64,000 nt of DNA from Felis catus (Eukaryota). Position 1 is the first letter of the stretch; each line of letters starts with the position of its first letter. This document shows, piece after piece, positions 12,397 to 24,322 of the stretch. Under the pieces are notes generated by a model. The model did not search any database and had not been told where the DNA came from. It saw only the letters and a program-made list of their open reading frames with translations. The stretch covers positions 111,230,001 through 111,294,000 of the forward strand of contig NC_058373.1 of the NCBI RefSeq assembly GCF_018350175.1. The letters run 5' to 3'. Both the position numbers and the translations under genes were made by a program.

Positions 12397-12918
12397 TGTG
12401 GGGAGTAACGTGGGGGGGGAGTAAGAGGGGGGACTTTTCCTCTACCCTCTTATATTCAGTGACTGGAACCTGCAAATTAAAATGACAAAAGATAGATTAA
12501 CAGGAGAGAAGGTCTGTGTTTGGCCTGGGGGGGGGGGGGGAGGCTCTCACAAAAAGGAGTGAAAAAATCCCCCAAAGCCTGGGGGCTTATATACCATTTT
12601 AACAAAAAGTGATAAATCATGAAGTGACAAGACAAGTTAAGGGGTTTGGGCTTCTAGGGGTGGTAAATCATGGAAGGTAATGTACAGGGGAAACTAATGG
12701 AAGATAAGAGTTGTTTTAGCTTAGATTCAAGTCAGTGCCTCGGGCAAGTATGGGAAGAGGGGAAGGGGCACAGCACAGGGGAAAGGCGTGTCTCTCTTTT
12801 ACAAAGAGAGAGGGCAAACAGTTCCTCCAGTGTGTGTCATTTCTTCATTGCCTTCAGCTCAAAATAAGCCTTATGTTACAGAGACATATTTTGGGGTGGG
12901 ATGTTCTGATCCCCTTCA
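12397..12918 (-). mobile_element. Solo ERV1 LTR (MER34/MER39-like)
   Basis: TG...CA termini, ending CATATTTTGGGGTGGGATGTTCTGATCCCCTTCA; GACAAAAGATAGATTAACAGGAGA motif. Confidence 0.65.
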
Positions 12919-13959
12919 CTGCCAACCCTATTTTGGGTGAGGCCGATACCTAGCCAGATGCTCACGCTGTTGTAACAAATTTGGAGAGTGCAAGCTGTCA
13001 CTGGCCTTCCCTTTACTCCACAGTCAAAGCCATAGTCAGCCGGTCACTCGTCCCTCAGATTTTCTAAGTGGAATATTGGATACCTGTGCACTGTGCCTCC
13101 TAAACCTCTCAGGGGACATGTTGGATCCCCTTTCTCTAAGCTTGCGACAAGGGCCCTATACTCCCTTCTTTCACTCGTGGGTAAGAATGGGACTCACAGC
13201 ACATCAAAAACTTTGTTCAAAAACCCTCTTCTCTCACCTCGAAACTCTTATCCCCATGATTGAGGGGTACAGCAGTCACAAAACTGGTTTTCCCTGCCTG
13301 CCTTCCAAAGCCTGCTTGGTGGTCTGGCACCCCATTTTGGAATGTAATCTCTGTTGTCTTTAGGTCTTGGCAGAAATTTCTATTGTGATATCTTGTTACA
13401 TGTGTACATTAAGAAAAATGAACAAAGTAACTGAGTAATTATTCTAGAAGCATCAATATTCTTAAAGTTTCCAAACTTGAGTAAAATGGCTGGGATGGGT
13501 CTTTTTTGGTCCGTTAGGGACTGTTCAGATAGAGCAGAGATACTGCAAAACTTCCCTCAGGCCCTCAGAATCCTCTCCCAACAGAAATCACGGGACTGTT
13601 TCTAACCTCTTGTAAAAGGGGGGAGCACTCTGGGACTGCATCAGAGGACTGTCCTCTACTTCACCGGCTTACCATGAGGATTACATGAGATCATATATGC
13701 AAAAAGAATTTTGTAATTTGGTAAACCAGAAGGCACGATGCACGGACATGCAGGGGGCTATCATGATTATGGATACTTTAAGGGGGCCTTGATAAGCTAG
13801 AATTTCTCAAGACAGTTCTAAGAAGGCACTTCCAGTTCAAAGAGGAAATTTTGCTCATTAAAACTAGATCCAGAGCAAACAATGGGGCTATTTGGCAAGT
13901 GTTTCTGAGGGGAAAAAAATACACCTAGAGTACACATTAGCAACATTGGGAGATTACTG

Positions 13960-14372
13960 TGTAGCTGGCAGGCAGAGCCCCACCTATATGCCCTTGGCTT
14001 ACCCCAGGGTCACCTGCCACCTGTTCCCCGGTGACCCACAGCTTCCTGCTTCTTGCTGCCTGCAGGTGTTCTCTGGCCTCTGGAGCATGCCTGCCTCTGA
14101 GGTTGGCAGGGATGAATGCTCCAGGAGCAACACTTACCCCATGCGGGTGTGAGGGTCCCCAGGGGCCATTCTGAGATGTGTTCCAACTTCTCAGAGGGTC
14201 CCTGCGGCATCTAGGCCCCCTCTTGCCAGTGGTAGCCAGCTCACTCCCCTTGCCTCCCTTTCCTGCTTCACCTTCCTCCTTCTCTCAGAGCATTCTGGGA
14301 TCACCACCTCAACTACGTGCAACCTGAATCTTTGCCCGAGTCTGCTTTCAGGGGAGTGACTCAAGCTAAGGC
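13960..14372 (+). mobile_element. ERVL LTR16-like solo LTR
   Basis: 3' end GTCTGCTTTCAGGGGAGTGACTCAAGCTAAGGCA resembles the LTR16 terminus. Confidence 0.55.
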
Positions 14373-14479
14373 AGAAAAGCCCGGAGGGCTTATCTTTGGC
14401 AGGAAAATGTAAATTATACTAACTGAAATAGTAGCTTCTCGGTAAATCTAGCTACTGGGTGGAAATTGTTAAGTGGTCA

Positions 14480-14710
14480 TAATAACTTGCAGGTATTAAT
14501 AGCTTCCTTCATGATACTAAGCTCTCTTCACACACTTCATTCATAGCAATTGTAGAAGTGGATGCTGTTATTTTCTCTTATTTTATAGATGAGGACACTG
14601 AGACACAGTGAATAGTGCAAGGCCACATAACTTGCAAGCAACAGAGCCGGGATTGCGACCCTGGTAATCTGGTTCTAGAAACCACACTCGTGTCTCCTCA
14701 CTGTGCTTTT
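14480..14710. mobile_element. MIR relic
   Basis: TTTTATAGATGAGGACACTGAGACACAG core. Confidence 0.75.
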
Positions 14711-14901
14711 TTAACTATTGAACACTGACAGAGCAGGCTCGCCAGTGCATGAGAGGTGGGCCTAACTCAAGTGTTGCTGAGAGACAGAGGGTCTAGGAAG
14801 ACGAATGGAGATCAGAGATTGGACGCCTGAAATCAAAGCCACATCCCACCCCACTTACCAGCTGAGTGACCTTGACCAAATCACTTCACTGACCCTCAGT
14901 T

Positions 14902-14947
14902 TATTTATTTATTTAAAAAAATTTTTTTTAATGTTTTATTTATTTTT

Positions 14948-14991
<44 letters not shown>

Positions 14992-15151
14992 GGGGGAGGG
15001 GCAGAGAGAGAGGGAGACACAGAATCTGAAGCAGGCTCCAGGCTCTGAGCTGTCAGTACAGAGCCCGACGCGGGGCTCGAACTCACAGACCGCGAGATCA
15101 TGACCTGAGCTGAAGTCAGACGCTCAACCGACTGAGCCACCCAGGCGCCCC
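14902..15151 (-). mobile_element. Felid Can-SINE (SINEC_Fc-like)
   Basis: Full body with (GA)n; TSD ACCCTCAGTT at 14892-14901 and 15161-15170. Confidence 0.95.
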
Positions 15152-15459
15152 CCCCCCCCAACCCTCAGTTCAAATCTTACGTGTAATGTGGGTGGTGGGG
15201 GGGGTTGGTGAAAAAAAAACTTATGTCTGAGTCATGGGGTGGTGCTGAGGTTCAAATGAGAGGGCACTTGTGGAGCCCCAGGCAAACTCTGAGCCTGATG
15301 GGCGATTTTCGAAGCTGTGATGTTGGCCACAGGCTCCCAACTCTGTCCTCTACAGATCTCACCATCACCTTTATCCCACCTCCCAGGACCCAGGACTCTC
15401 ACTGCCGCTTCCCTGAAGGAGTTACTATGATGTGGGTGGCAGAGGAGGAAACTGGAATC

Positions 15460-15680
15460 TGACACGAATTCGAATCTCAGAATCCTTACTGTTTCTACTT
15501 TACTTTCTTTTTGGAAGTAACCTTGGACAAGTTATTTAATTTCTCCAGGCCTCTGTTTTCTCACCTGTAAAATGGGGATAATAAACAAGACTGTGGAAAT
15601 GGTTAACTAGACAATGCACAATAAGAGCTTAGCACAGCCGGCACAGGCCAGTGCTCAAAACATGGTAGCTACTGTTGTTA
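15460..15680. mobile_element. MIR relic
   Basis: CCTTGGACAAGTTATTTAATTTCTCCAGGCCTCTGTTTTCTCACCTGTAAAATGGGGATAATA core. Confidence 0.8.
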
Positions 15681-15779
15681 CTATGGGTTTTTTTGAGAGA
15701 AAAACACGAGCTCCATCCAGAGACAGGAAGAAAAAGGGCTGATTTGACATGATATATAAGAAGAGAATTATTAACTGTT

Positions 15780-16430
15780 TCCATCTACTTAAGAGAAAGT
15801 GAGAAAGCCTCAATCTGTCATTGTATTCCTGTTTACTTTCAAATTCTATACATCTTGCTGGAGAAAATGATAAAGAAGGTTTGAAGAGGAAGCAATTTTG
15901 GAAACCATTATTAAAAGCAACAATGATGTAACACAAAAGTATAATCTATAGCCGTGAACCCACATGGATTCCTTAAACATAAACAAAGCTTTTATTTCTG
16001 AATCTAGCTCCCTCCTCACAAAGAAACAAGCATAGTGTCTGGGGGAAGGGAGCAGGGAATGCAATGTGCTGAATCCGGAAAGAGACAGCGGGGCTGGAAT
16101 GATCGCCCCAGGCAGCCGGGCGTGGACTTCGGAAGGAGCAGGGCAGGGGCAGAAGTGTGGGTGAGGAGGGTGAGAAGAGTGAAGACAAAGTCAAGTAATG
16201 GTGAAAAAGAAACCCGGCTCTGGCCTCCTACCTTGAGGCAGGCGCCCTATGGACTGATCCCTCCTCACCCACCCAGGGGGGCTCAGGGAGAGGAGACACC
16301 CTGGTGTCTGCTCCTCACCAGGCTTAAGTGCCTATCGAGGATCCCGCACTTGTTAATTTGTCAGGTTTAAAAGAAGGGAGAGAGCCCTGACGTTTTCCCA
16401 CCCCGTGGAAGTGAAAGAAGAAAGAGTTCT
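15780..16430. promoter_or_regulatory. Candidate enhancer with ETS/IRF-type motifs
   Basis: Apparently unique sequence containing GAAAGTGAGAAAG, AAGAGGAAG (15884-15892), TGACGT (16388-16393) and GGAAGTGAAA (16407-16416). Confidence 0.35.
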
Positions 16431-17299
16431 TTACTTTTAGGGCCATATCCTGAATGACAGAGGTCAGTGTTTGCAACTGATCTGTGTGGGCTCCGGCTTC
16501 TAATTATTTCCTGGATAACCTGTTATCTATTAGCCATCAGGCTGCTTGCCAGAATATGCAATGTCTCCAGAGTTCCTGGTCTGGATTCTGAGGATCGGAT
16601 TTTGTGTTTTTATTTATTTGTTTTGTTTTGTTTTAAGGGGAAGTGGGAGGTGGGGGCAGACGGCTGTGAGTCCCACTGGCAGAAGGGCTTTTCTGTCCCC
16701 CTGTCCTTAGCCTGCGCTGAAGGAGCTAGAAGGCGGAGGGGCCCAGGGCACAACCATTCTGATGCCCCTGTGGACCCCGGCGTGTCTACCGGCTCCTTGA
16801 CTCGCACTACTTTGGGAGACTTGGCTTTGTTGTAACCTTCTGGAAAAGCTTCTGAGAGAAATGTTTTTCTGGGCTGATATCATTTGCTTGGAGAACAAGG
16901 AAAGTCTTCAAATAATCTTTTGTTGGGGAAAGGAGGGAAGGGAGGGTATCTGAATTCAATAGGCCTGTTCTCTGTGGAGGAGGGGCAGGACTTGGCCGTC
17001 ACCCAGGTGAGCTCAGTACCATCAGCCATCAGTTACACCCATGGCCTCTGTATTTGTACTAGGGCACAATGAAGTGTCATCAAATAAGAGGGGCACGCAA
17101 ATATAGGGCATCGTTCTTTCTCTTGTTATAAAGGTAGCGCATGTTCATTGCTTAGGTATTTAGAAACGGTAGAAAAGCAAAAAGAAAAAAATCCACTCAA
17201 AATTTCATTCTTCTGAGATAATCGCTTGGGGTTGAGAGGACAAAAGGAAGTAGTTTGAATTTTTAAAACTTAGAAACTCAGAAGGGAGCTGTGGAGTCT

Positions 17300-17725
17300 C
17301 AGACCCCCTCTGAGGAAAAGGTGCCCCCTGAGGGGTGGTTTCCGTGGGTGCAGAGGAAGGGGCACTTCGGGCTGGAAACCAGAGCTCCGAGAGGGGTACT
17401 TCCGGTCCGTGCCGGTGAGTCTGCAGTGCTGTAATGAGACCTTTGGGAAAACCGTGAGCTGCATCTGGCTGCTGCTGTGAGCAGGGTGACCGGCGGCCCG
17501 GGCGAGGCGCCCCTGGAAGGGCAGCGGCCCGGGGCAAGCGGGAAGGACCGGGCCCTTTCTCCCTCCTCCAGCCCCGCAGCCCTGCAGCCCCCCGCTCCGG
17601 CCTGCCACTGGCTCCCTGACGCAGCAGGCGCGGCGGAAATGTGCTTTGCAGAGCCTCGGCTCCAGCATCAGGGGCAGAGTAGAAAAGGGTGGTTTGGAAC
17701 CGAGAGAGAGGGTAACAGGTGCGTC
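17300..17725 (+). promoter_or_regulatory. CpG-rich promoter-like region with candidate first exon
   Basis: Local CpG/GC enrichment; ETS core ACTTCCGG 17398-17405; donors CCG|GTGAGT (17414/17415) and CAG|GTGCGT (17718/17719). Confidence 0.55.
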
Positions 17726-17932
17726 TGGGTTTATTTGCCCTTGCTTGTGTTCCTTCCTCCTGTCCTTTATTTAATTCATTTGTTTAAATATGTAGCACAT
17801 TAACCTACTTCGCAAGAATAAAAACTGTCCACAAAGGTATACCCAGAGAGGCGTCCTCACCCCCCCGCCCTTTACCCGGTATCCCCCACCCCTTGTAGGT
17901 ATTCCACTTCATGGTTTTCCGATTTGCCTTTG

Positions 17933-17933
<1 letters not shown>

Positions 17934-17981
<48 letters not shown>
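17934..17981. repeat. (TG)n microsatellite
   Basis: Directly visible. Confidence 0.98.
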
Positions 17982-17982
<1 letters not shown>

Positions 17983-17989
17983 TTTTTTT

Positions 17990-19160
17990 CGCTTTTCAAA
18001 ATTTAACACTTATGTTTTCTTATTCCCTTTGGTCTTCTGTGCAGAAGTATATTATTTACAATTGTTTTTGCACTCTGCATTTTTCATTTACTATATTCTG
18101 GAAATCAGGTTGTAGAGTTTACCACATTTTTTTTAAATAGTACTCTATAGTACTCCAACCAGATGTCATCGTTTATGTAACCAATCTTCCATGTCTGGGT
18201 ATTTAAGGTATTAATATATGTATATTTTTTGAAATTACAAATAATGTTGCATGAACAACCTAGTACATGGATAGTTTTTAAATTGTTGGACGTGTACCTT
18301 CAGGGTAAATTCCTAGGAGTGGGACGATTTTGTCAAAGAGTGACTGTATCCTGGTTTGTTACATATTGCCAAATTCCTCTGCATAGGAGTTGTATCTTTT
18401 TTTTTTTTAAGTTTATTTACCTATTTTGAGAGAGAGAGAGAACGAGTGTGGGAGGGGCAGAGACGGGGACAGAGGATCCCAAGTGGGCTCCATGCTAACA
18501 GCAGAGAGCCTAGCCTGATGGGGGGATCAGTCTCACAAACTGTGAGATCATGACCTGAGCCAAAGTTGGACACTTAACTGACTGAGCCATCCAGATGCCC
18601 CTCAATTGGACCATTTTTCATTCTCATTGGCAATAGATAAGTGCCTGTTTCATCAGCAGAAAATATTGTCAAGATTTTGAATTTTTGCCCATCTGATGGG
18701 GGAGAAATGCTATCTTAGTATGGTTTTAATTTGCCTTTCCCTTATTATGAATGAGGTTGAACATTTGTTCCTGTTTCAGGATCAGTTTTGTATCTTTCTA
18801 CTGTTGTTAATTTTGCCCATTCTTCTGGAGGATTTTTGATCCTTTTCCCTCAATTGAAAAAACCATTGATATATTAGAGATTTTGATCGCTTATCTGTGG
18901 GATTGTGATGTAAATCTGTTCTATAAATGTGTCATTTGATTTTTGATTTTGTTGATTTGTTTGTCCTGCGAAACCTTAAATTTTTTAAGTAATTAAATGT
19001 ATCAATCTTTTATTTTATTGCATCTTCATTTGGAGACATAATTAGAAAGATTTTCCCCATACACAGGTTGTAGAAGGTGGTGCCCGTGTTTTCTTCTAGT
19101 ACTCATGTTTCAGGTTTGGCATTCGGATCTCTGCCCCATTTGGAGTCCGTGATACCTTTT
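17990..19160 (-). mobile_element. Old L1 (L1M-type) fragment, interrupted by a SINE
   Basis: T-rich antisense L1 text, e.g. CTTAGTATGGTTTTAATTTGCCTTTCCCTTATTATGAATGAGGTTGAACAT. Confidence 0.75.
18396..18601 (-). mobile_element. Can-SINE
   Basis: Reverse head ...TGACTGAGCCATCCAGATGCCCC, (GA)n, poly-T. Confidence 0.9.
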
Positions 19161-19366
19161 CCCAAGTGGCTGTTTCGGTTATCTATGGATGGATAACAAA
19201 CCACTCTGAAATTTAGTGGCTTAAAATAAGATTTGTTTTATTAGCTTCCACAGTTCCGTGTGTAGATTTGACTCAGCTGGGCAGTTTTGCTATTTTTGCT
19301 TGGGTCCTCCTGTATGGTTGCAGTGCTGGGCGGCTGGGGCTGGAGTTGTTTAAAAAGGCTTGATTT

Positions 19367-19570
19367 GGGGGTGCCTGAGTGGCTCAGTCAGTTAAGCATT
19401 GGACTCTTGATTTCAGCTCAGGTCGTGATCTCACCGTTAGTGAGTTCTGAGCCCCCAGTCGGGCTCCACACTGGCAGTGCAGACCCTGCTTGGGATTCTC
19501 TCTCTCCCTCTCTCTGCCCCTCCCCTGCTCTCTCTCTCTCAAAATAAATAAATACAGCTTAAAAAAAAAA
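19367..19570 (+). mobile_element. Can-SINE
   Basis: GGGGGTGCCTGAGTGGCTCAGTCAGTTAAG head; TSD AAAAAG(G/A)CTTGATTT on both sides. Confidence 0.92.
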
Positions 19571-19724
19571 GACTTGATTTGGATACTGGGAAGGCCTCTC
19601 TCCTTCCACAAGTAGTTATAGGTCCTCTTCTCTCCACGGGGCCTCTTCATTTGGTCTTTTCAGTAGGGGAGCTGGATTGCTTCTTTGTCTTTTCTTCCTT
19701 TTTCTTCTATCTCTCTTTCTCTCT

Positions 19725-19817
19725 TTTTAAAAGTAATCTCTCTGCCCAATGTGTGGTTCGAACTCAAGACCTGGACATTGAGTCACATGCTCTTCCCACT
19801 GAGCCAGCCGGGCGCCC
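19725..19817 (-). mobile_element. Short Can-SINE
   Basis: Reverse head CTGAGCCAGCCGGGCGCCC with GGTTCGAAC B-box-like motif. Confidence 0.8.
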
Positions 19818-19829
19818 TTCTTCCCCTTT

Positions 19830-20345
19830 TAAATGTTTTATTGTGATAGCTTTCAAATGCCATAAAATTCACCTATTTAAAGTTCACACGGTTCAGTGGT
19901 TTTCAGTACAATCAGAGTCGTACAAACCCATCACCACAATCTAATTTTAGAGTATTTTTAGCATCCCAGAAAGAAACCCTATACTCATTAGCAGTCATTT
20001 CTCATTCTGCGGCAGGCTTCATGCCTGTTCCGGCCCCAGACAACCACTGATCCACTTTCTGTCCATATGAATTTGTCTATTTTGGGTATTTCATATAAAT
20101 GGAATCATACAATATGTGGTCTTTTTTGACCAGCTTCTTTCACTTGGCATAACGCGTTCAAGGTTCATCCGTGTTGTACTGTGTCTCAGAACGTCATTCC
20201 TTTTTATATACAAATAATAGTCTGCTACATGGTGATCTCCCAGTCATCTTACCCAGTCATCTGCTGGTGGACATTTAGATTGTTTCGACATTTTGGCTGT
20301 TATGAATATCTTTGTTCAAGTTTTTGTGTGGATGTATGTTTTGAT
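19830..20345 (-). mobile_element. Old L1 3' end (L1MB-like)
   Basis: TATTTCATATAAATGGAATCATACAATATGTGGTCTTTTTTGAC...TTCAAGGTTCATCC is typical antisense L1 3' end. Confidence 0.85.
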
Positions 20346-20350
20346 TTCTT

Positions 20351-20573
20351 TTTTTTTAATTTTCTTTTAATGTTTATTTATTTTTGAAGGAGAGAGAGAG
20401 AGACAGAACATGAGCTGGGGAGGGGCAGAGAGAGAGGGAGACAGAATCTGAAGCAGGCTCCAGGCTCCAGGTTCCAGGTTCCCAGCCCGACGCAGGGCTC
20501 ACACTCATGAGCCGTGTGAACATGACCCGAGCTGAAGTCGGACACTTAACCCACTGAGCCACGCAGGCACCCC
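20351..20573 (-). mobile_element. Felid Can-SINE with internal 7-bp tandem expansion
   Basis: SINE body; CCAGGCT/CCAGGTT units at about 20454-20481; TSD TTTGATTTCTT. Confidence 0.92.
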
Positions 20574-20809
20574 TGGGTGTTTTGATTTCTTGAGTCTGTA
20601 CGAAGAGTGGAATTACTGGATCTTATCTTTAGCCTTTTCAGGAATTGCCACGGTGTTTTCCACGATGGTTGCACCACTTTTTGGATTTCGTCGGAAGCTT
20701 TATTTATCATTTAGGGTGAAATCACATGTTTTTCTCGTTAGACCCGTTCAAATGGTGCTTTATATGAACGGATTATTTAATAGTGACATATCCTCGCATT
20801 TCCAGCATA

Positions 20810-20990
20810 ATCTCAAATAAGTTATTTCTTGATGACCTCTCTCTGAGGTTCAGTTTTGCTATCTGTAAATTGCAGATAATACTAGTATTTACTCTCATAG
20901 GGTTGTGAAGATTTAATGAGGTAATGAATGTAAAGTGCCCGTCACCGTGGTCAGCATAGAATAAATGCTCAATAAATATTAGCTATGTAT
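20810..20990. mobile_element. MIR relic
   Basis: CTCATAGGGTTGTGAAGATTTAATGAGGTAATGAATGTAAAGTGC...AATGCTCAATAAATATTAGCTAT. Confidence 0.8.
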
Positions 20991-21099
20991 TACCATCTGT
21001 GGGTACATTCCCCCCAATCCAGGACATTTCCCAGCCACAAAGTCTGAGTTTGTGCAGAGAAATTTTCTGTGAGGCACAGTGCACTTAGCAGTTAACAGC

Positions 21100-22370
21100 T
21101 GTGATATTTGTAATATTGAAAGAGGACTTCAACTAACTCCATTTTGACCTCAGTCTGTACTTTCTAATTGATTAAGTTCTTCTTTGTGGCTTATCTTTTA
21201 ACTCAGGCAAAAGACCCTGTGGGCAAGGCATCCCTTGATAGGAAACTAAACTACCCCCCCCAGCAGTTAAGTACCGCACTGAACCAGCAAGACCCTGCAT
21301 GACTGACCCCAAGACAATGGCCGACCTGACCTTTACTGCCCGCCTGCACATTCCCACCGACCTTTGCCCCACATTTTCCTCATATAAACCTGGAAGTGTT
21401 TTCGGCACTTTGGAGACAGTCTTTGAGACTCTAGTCCACAGTCTTCCCGGTGCTGGCCTTGCTGAAATAAATTCCTTTCTTGTTTCACCACTGCTTGTCT
21501 CTCTGCCTTTGGATTTTGTCAGCAGAAGAGTGGCCGAACCTGGTCTGTTTGGGACCCCTGGAGCCACGCGCTCTTGCACACCTGCACCAGGCTACAACAT
21601 AACCAGAAATTTATACTTGGTCTTCATCCCCAGTTCCTGGGATAGAGCTCCTAAAAAGCTTTGTAAATTCCCTGAGTGATGGGGGTGGCAGGAGAGTCTT
21701 TTGTTATTTATAATAAGCCCCATCCAACCACAGCTGAGTTATGCTAATGAGGTGACACCTGCAGGGCGGAGGCTGCAAACCCCAGAAGCTGACCATGTGA
21801 TCAGAGGGTCAGAATTTTCAGCCCCACTCATGACCTCCAGGAGCCCGGGGGCTGGAAACTGAGTTATCCACCAAAGGTCAATGATTTAATCAAGCATGCT
21901 TATGTAATGGAACCATAAAAACTCTAAATGAGCGGGTTCAGAGAGATTCCGGGTTGGTGAATCCAGGCTCCAGGTTCCAGGAGGGTGCCAGGAGGGTGTC
22001 ACACTCAGGACAGATCTGGACCTCGCTCTACATCCCTCTTATCTGGTTATCCATTTGTATCTTTCATAATAAACCCTTAATAGTACCTAAAGTGTTTCCC
22101 TGAGCTCTGTGAGCTATTACAGCAAGTTCTTGAAATCGAGGGTTATGGGAACCTCTGATTTGTTGCCACATGGGCAGAAGTGTGGGTCACCTGGGGACCC
22201 TTTACTTGTGAGTAGCATCTGAGGTGGGGGGATGTCTTGTGGGACGGAGTACTTGACCTGGGTAGTGAGAGTTAGAATTGAATTGAATTATAGGACACCC
22301 AGTTGATATCCCCAGAGAACTGGAGAATTACTTGCTGTGGGAAAGCCACACAATCTGGGGTCAGAAATAT
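21100..22370 (+). mobile_element. MER21-like LTR, interrupted near its start by a younger LTR
   Basis: Starts TGTGATATTTGTAAT, resumes at 21600 with CAGAAATTTATACTTGGTCTTCATCCCCAGTTCCTGG; clearly homologous to the 30.0-30.8 kb copy. Confidence 0.8.
21114..21599 (+). mobile_element. Younger solo ERV LTR nested in the MER21-like element
   Basis: TATTG...CAACA termini, TATAAA 21383-21388, AATAAA 21466-21471. Confidence 0.8.
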
Positions 22371-23544
22371 GGGGTGAAGGACTTGGGCACCGGAATTCAG
22401 CAGGCATGAGTTGGAATCCTGTGTTTACCACTACCAGCTCTGTGTCTTCGGGTGTGTTTTGCTTAACTCAGAGCTTCATTTTTGTCATCTGGAAAACAGC
22501 GGCATTAATGTCTGCTTCATTTGCTTGATGCATGAATTAACCAAAATCATTTATGCAAAGCACTTAACCCATAGCAATACCATATAGTGAGTCAGAACTT
22601 GAAGCAGGGGGAATGGTTAGTCTGACGAAAGAAGAATGTCATGAGGTGGCCATATCCTGACTCAGGAGGAACTGACTTGACCAGGATAATCCATCTCTTT
22701 TCTACTCTTCTCTCCTCTAAGAAATAGAATTAATGTTTCCTGACTACATGAAGCAGTGTGGTATGACAGAGGGAGCATTGGCCAGTGACGCTTGGATTCC
22801 AGTTTTGATTCTTCCAGGAATGGCTGCTTCCCCTTGGATGAATCACTCTCTAACTACATCAGTGCCTTTCAAAGTTTTGAGCACGTCTCAAAACACATTT
22901 ATTTTGCTGGTTCAGTGCAGTACATTAACCATGGTCTAATATTTATGTATCTGTATACATAACCAAAAAACACTATCAGTGCTAACTTGACTGAGTTTCT
23001 TTGGCTCTGGTCCTCACAGAGAACTCCTGTCCTTCCAAGTTGGGAGTTGCTGAGCCTCTCGGCATGCTGGGAAGTTTATCTGGACAACTTCCAAGGGGAG
23101 GGTACAATCAGGCCAAACCCAGAAGCAGCCAGCTGTCATGGATTCTGCCTGGCTCATCGGCTCAAAGGAATGCCCAGGAGGCAGGGTGATGTCGGGGAAA
23201 CAGGAAATGGGCCCCGGCCCAGGCCCAACACAGCCACCAGCTGTGTGACCTGCTCGGGATGTTTCTCCTTTCTGGACCTCAGTTTCCATTTCTGTTACTG
23301 GGATGTCTACAGATCCTATGACTCTGCAAGAAAGCAGAATTGCCATGTCTATCGGAGGCTGAGGCAGGAAGGTGGTTTCATGCTGCTGGCCAGTGACCAG
23401 GTGTGCGCCAGAAAAGTCTAGCTATGAGAAGCCAGACTGAACTCCCTCGGAGCAAGATGTCTCTACCTTTGGGTTTCTGCCCAGGCATAGAGCCTGGCAC
23501 CTAAATCTTTGTTTAGCTGAACAAAGGGACTCTGGAATGAGGGT

Positions 23545-23622
23545 TTTTTGGTTTTGTTTTGTTTTGTTTTGATATGGAGGGAGGGATTGTTTTGTTTTGT
23601 TTTGTTTTGTTCTGTTTTGTTT
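23545..23622. repeat. (TTTTG)n low-complexity tracts
   Basis: Directly visible. Confidence 0.9.
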
Positions 23623-24268
23623 TAGCTCTGGCCTCCCAGATCCCACTGTGAGAGGCACCATGTTGGCTCATGGAAAGGATTGATTGTGAGTGCTTCAGCC
23701 AGTGGGACTGTGAACTCTGCCTTCTTAAGGAATTTAAAACAATTTAGAATTCTTTCGATTCAGAGGGAGTTGCGACCATGGGATGGTGCCCAAGTCAGGT
23801 GACAAGAGACAAGAGTGCTGGTTCCTTGGATCTGTGGGGCATTATAGCCCCTCCTCTCCTGTTAGAACCACCCCCATCTCCTGTCTGGGTGGGGAGGTGA
23901 GATAGGAAGCCCGGAGGGGGGAGAGAGAACTTCTGGGCTGAACTGGCAAATGGGGAAGGAGAGGTAGGAATGTGAGAAGGGAAAGGAGGGATTGAGAGAA
24001 GAGGGTGGGGGGAGAGAGGCAAAGGAAAAAGATTCATTGTAGCAATAGATTTTTTTTCTCCTGGGAATTTTCAAAGGCAAACAACCCCCTAAAACAAAAA
24101 CCCACAAACCCCAAATTTCTTCCCCTTCTTTTTCATAACAAGAGCTGGTGAGTTAGTGCACAGGGTGTTGAACAGGGCACCCAACCACTCATTTTGGGAT
24201 CAATAAAAAGTTTAAGAGACTAACCATCAATGTAGAGGACCTTTCTAGGCTTCAGAATTAGGCAGCCC

Positions 24269-24271
<3 letters not shown>

Positions 24272-24300
<29 letters not shown>

Positions 24301-24322
24301 CAAAACAAAACAACAACAACAA
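24272..24322. repeat. (AAAAC)n microsatellite
   Basis: Directly visible; flanked by AATTAGGCA(G/A)CCCTAA copies. Confidence 0.95.

Noticed and set aside
14805..15161. ORFs such as GAWVAQSVERLTSAQVMISRS... and ERERER..., recurring across the window
   Set aside because: These are translations of Can-SINE bodies and their (CT)/(GA) tracts, not genes.
17805..18140. HTHTHT and CVCVCV ORFs (also near 24.8, 29.8 and 30.9 kb)
   Set aside because: Translations of (TG)/(CA) microsatellites.
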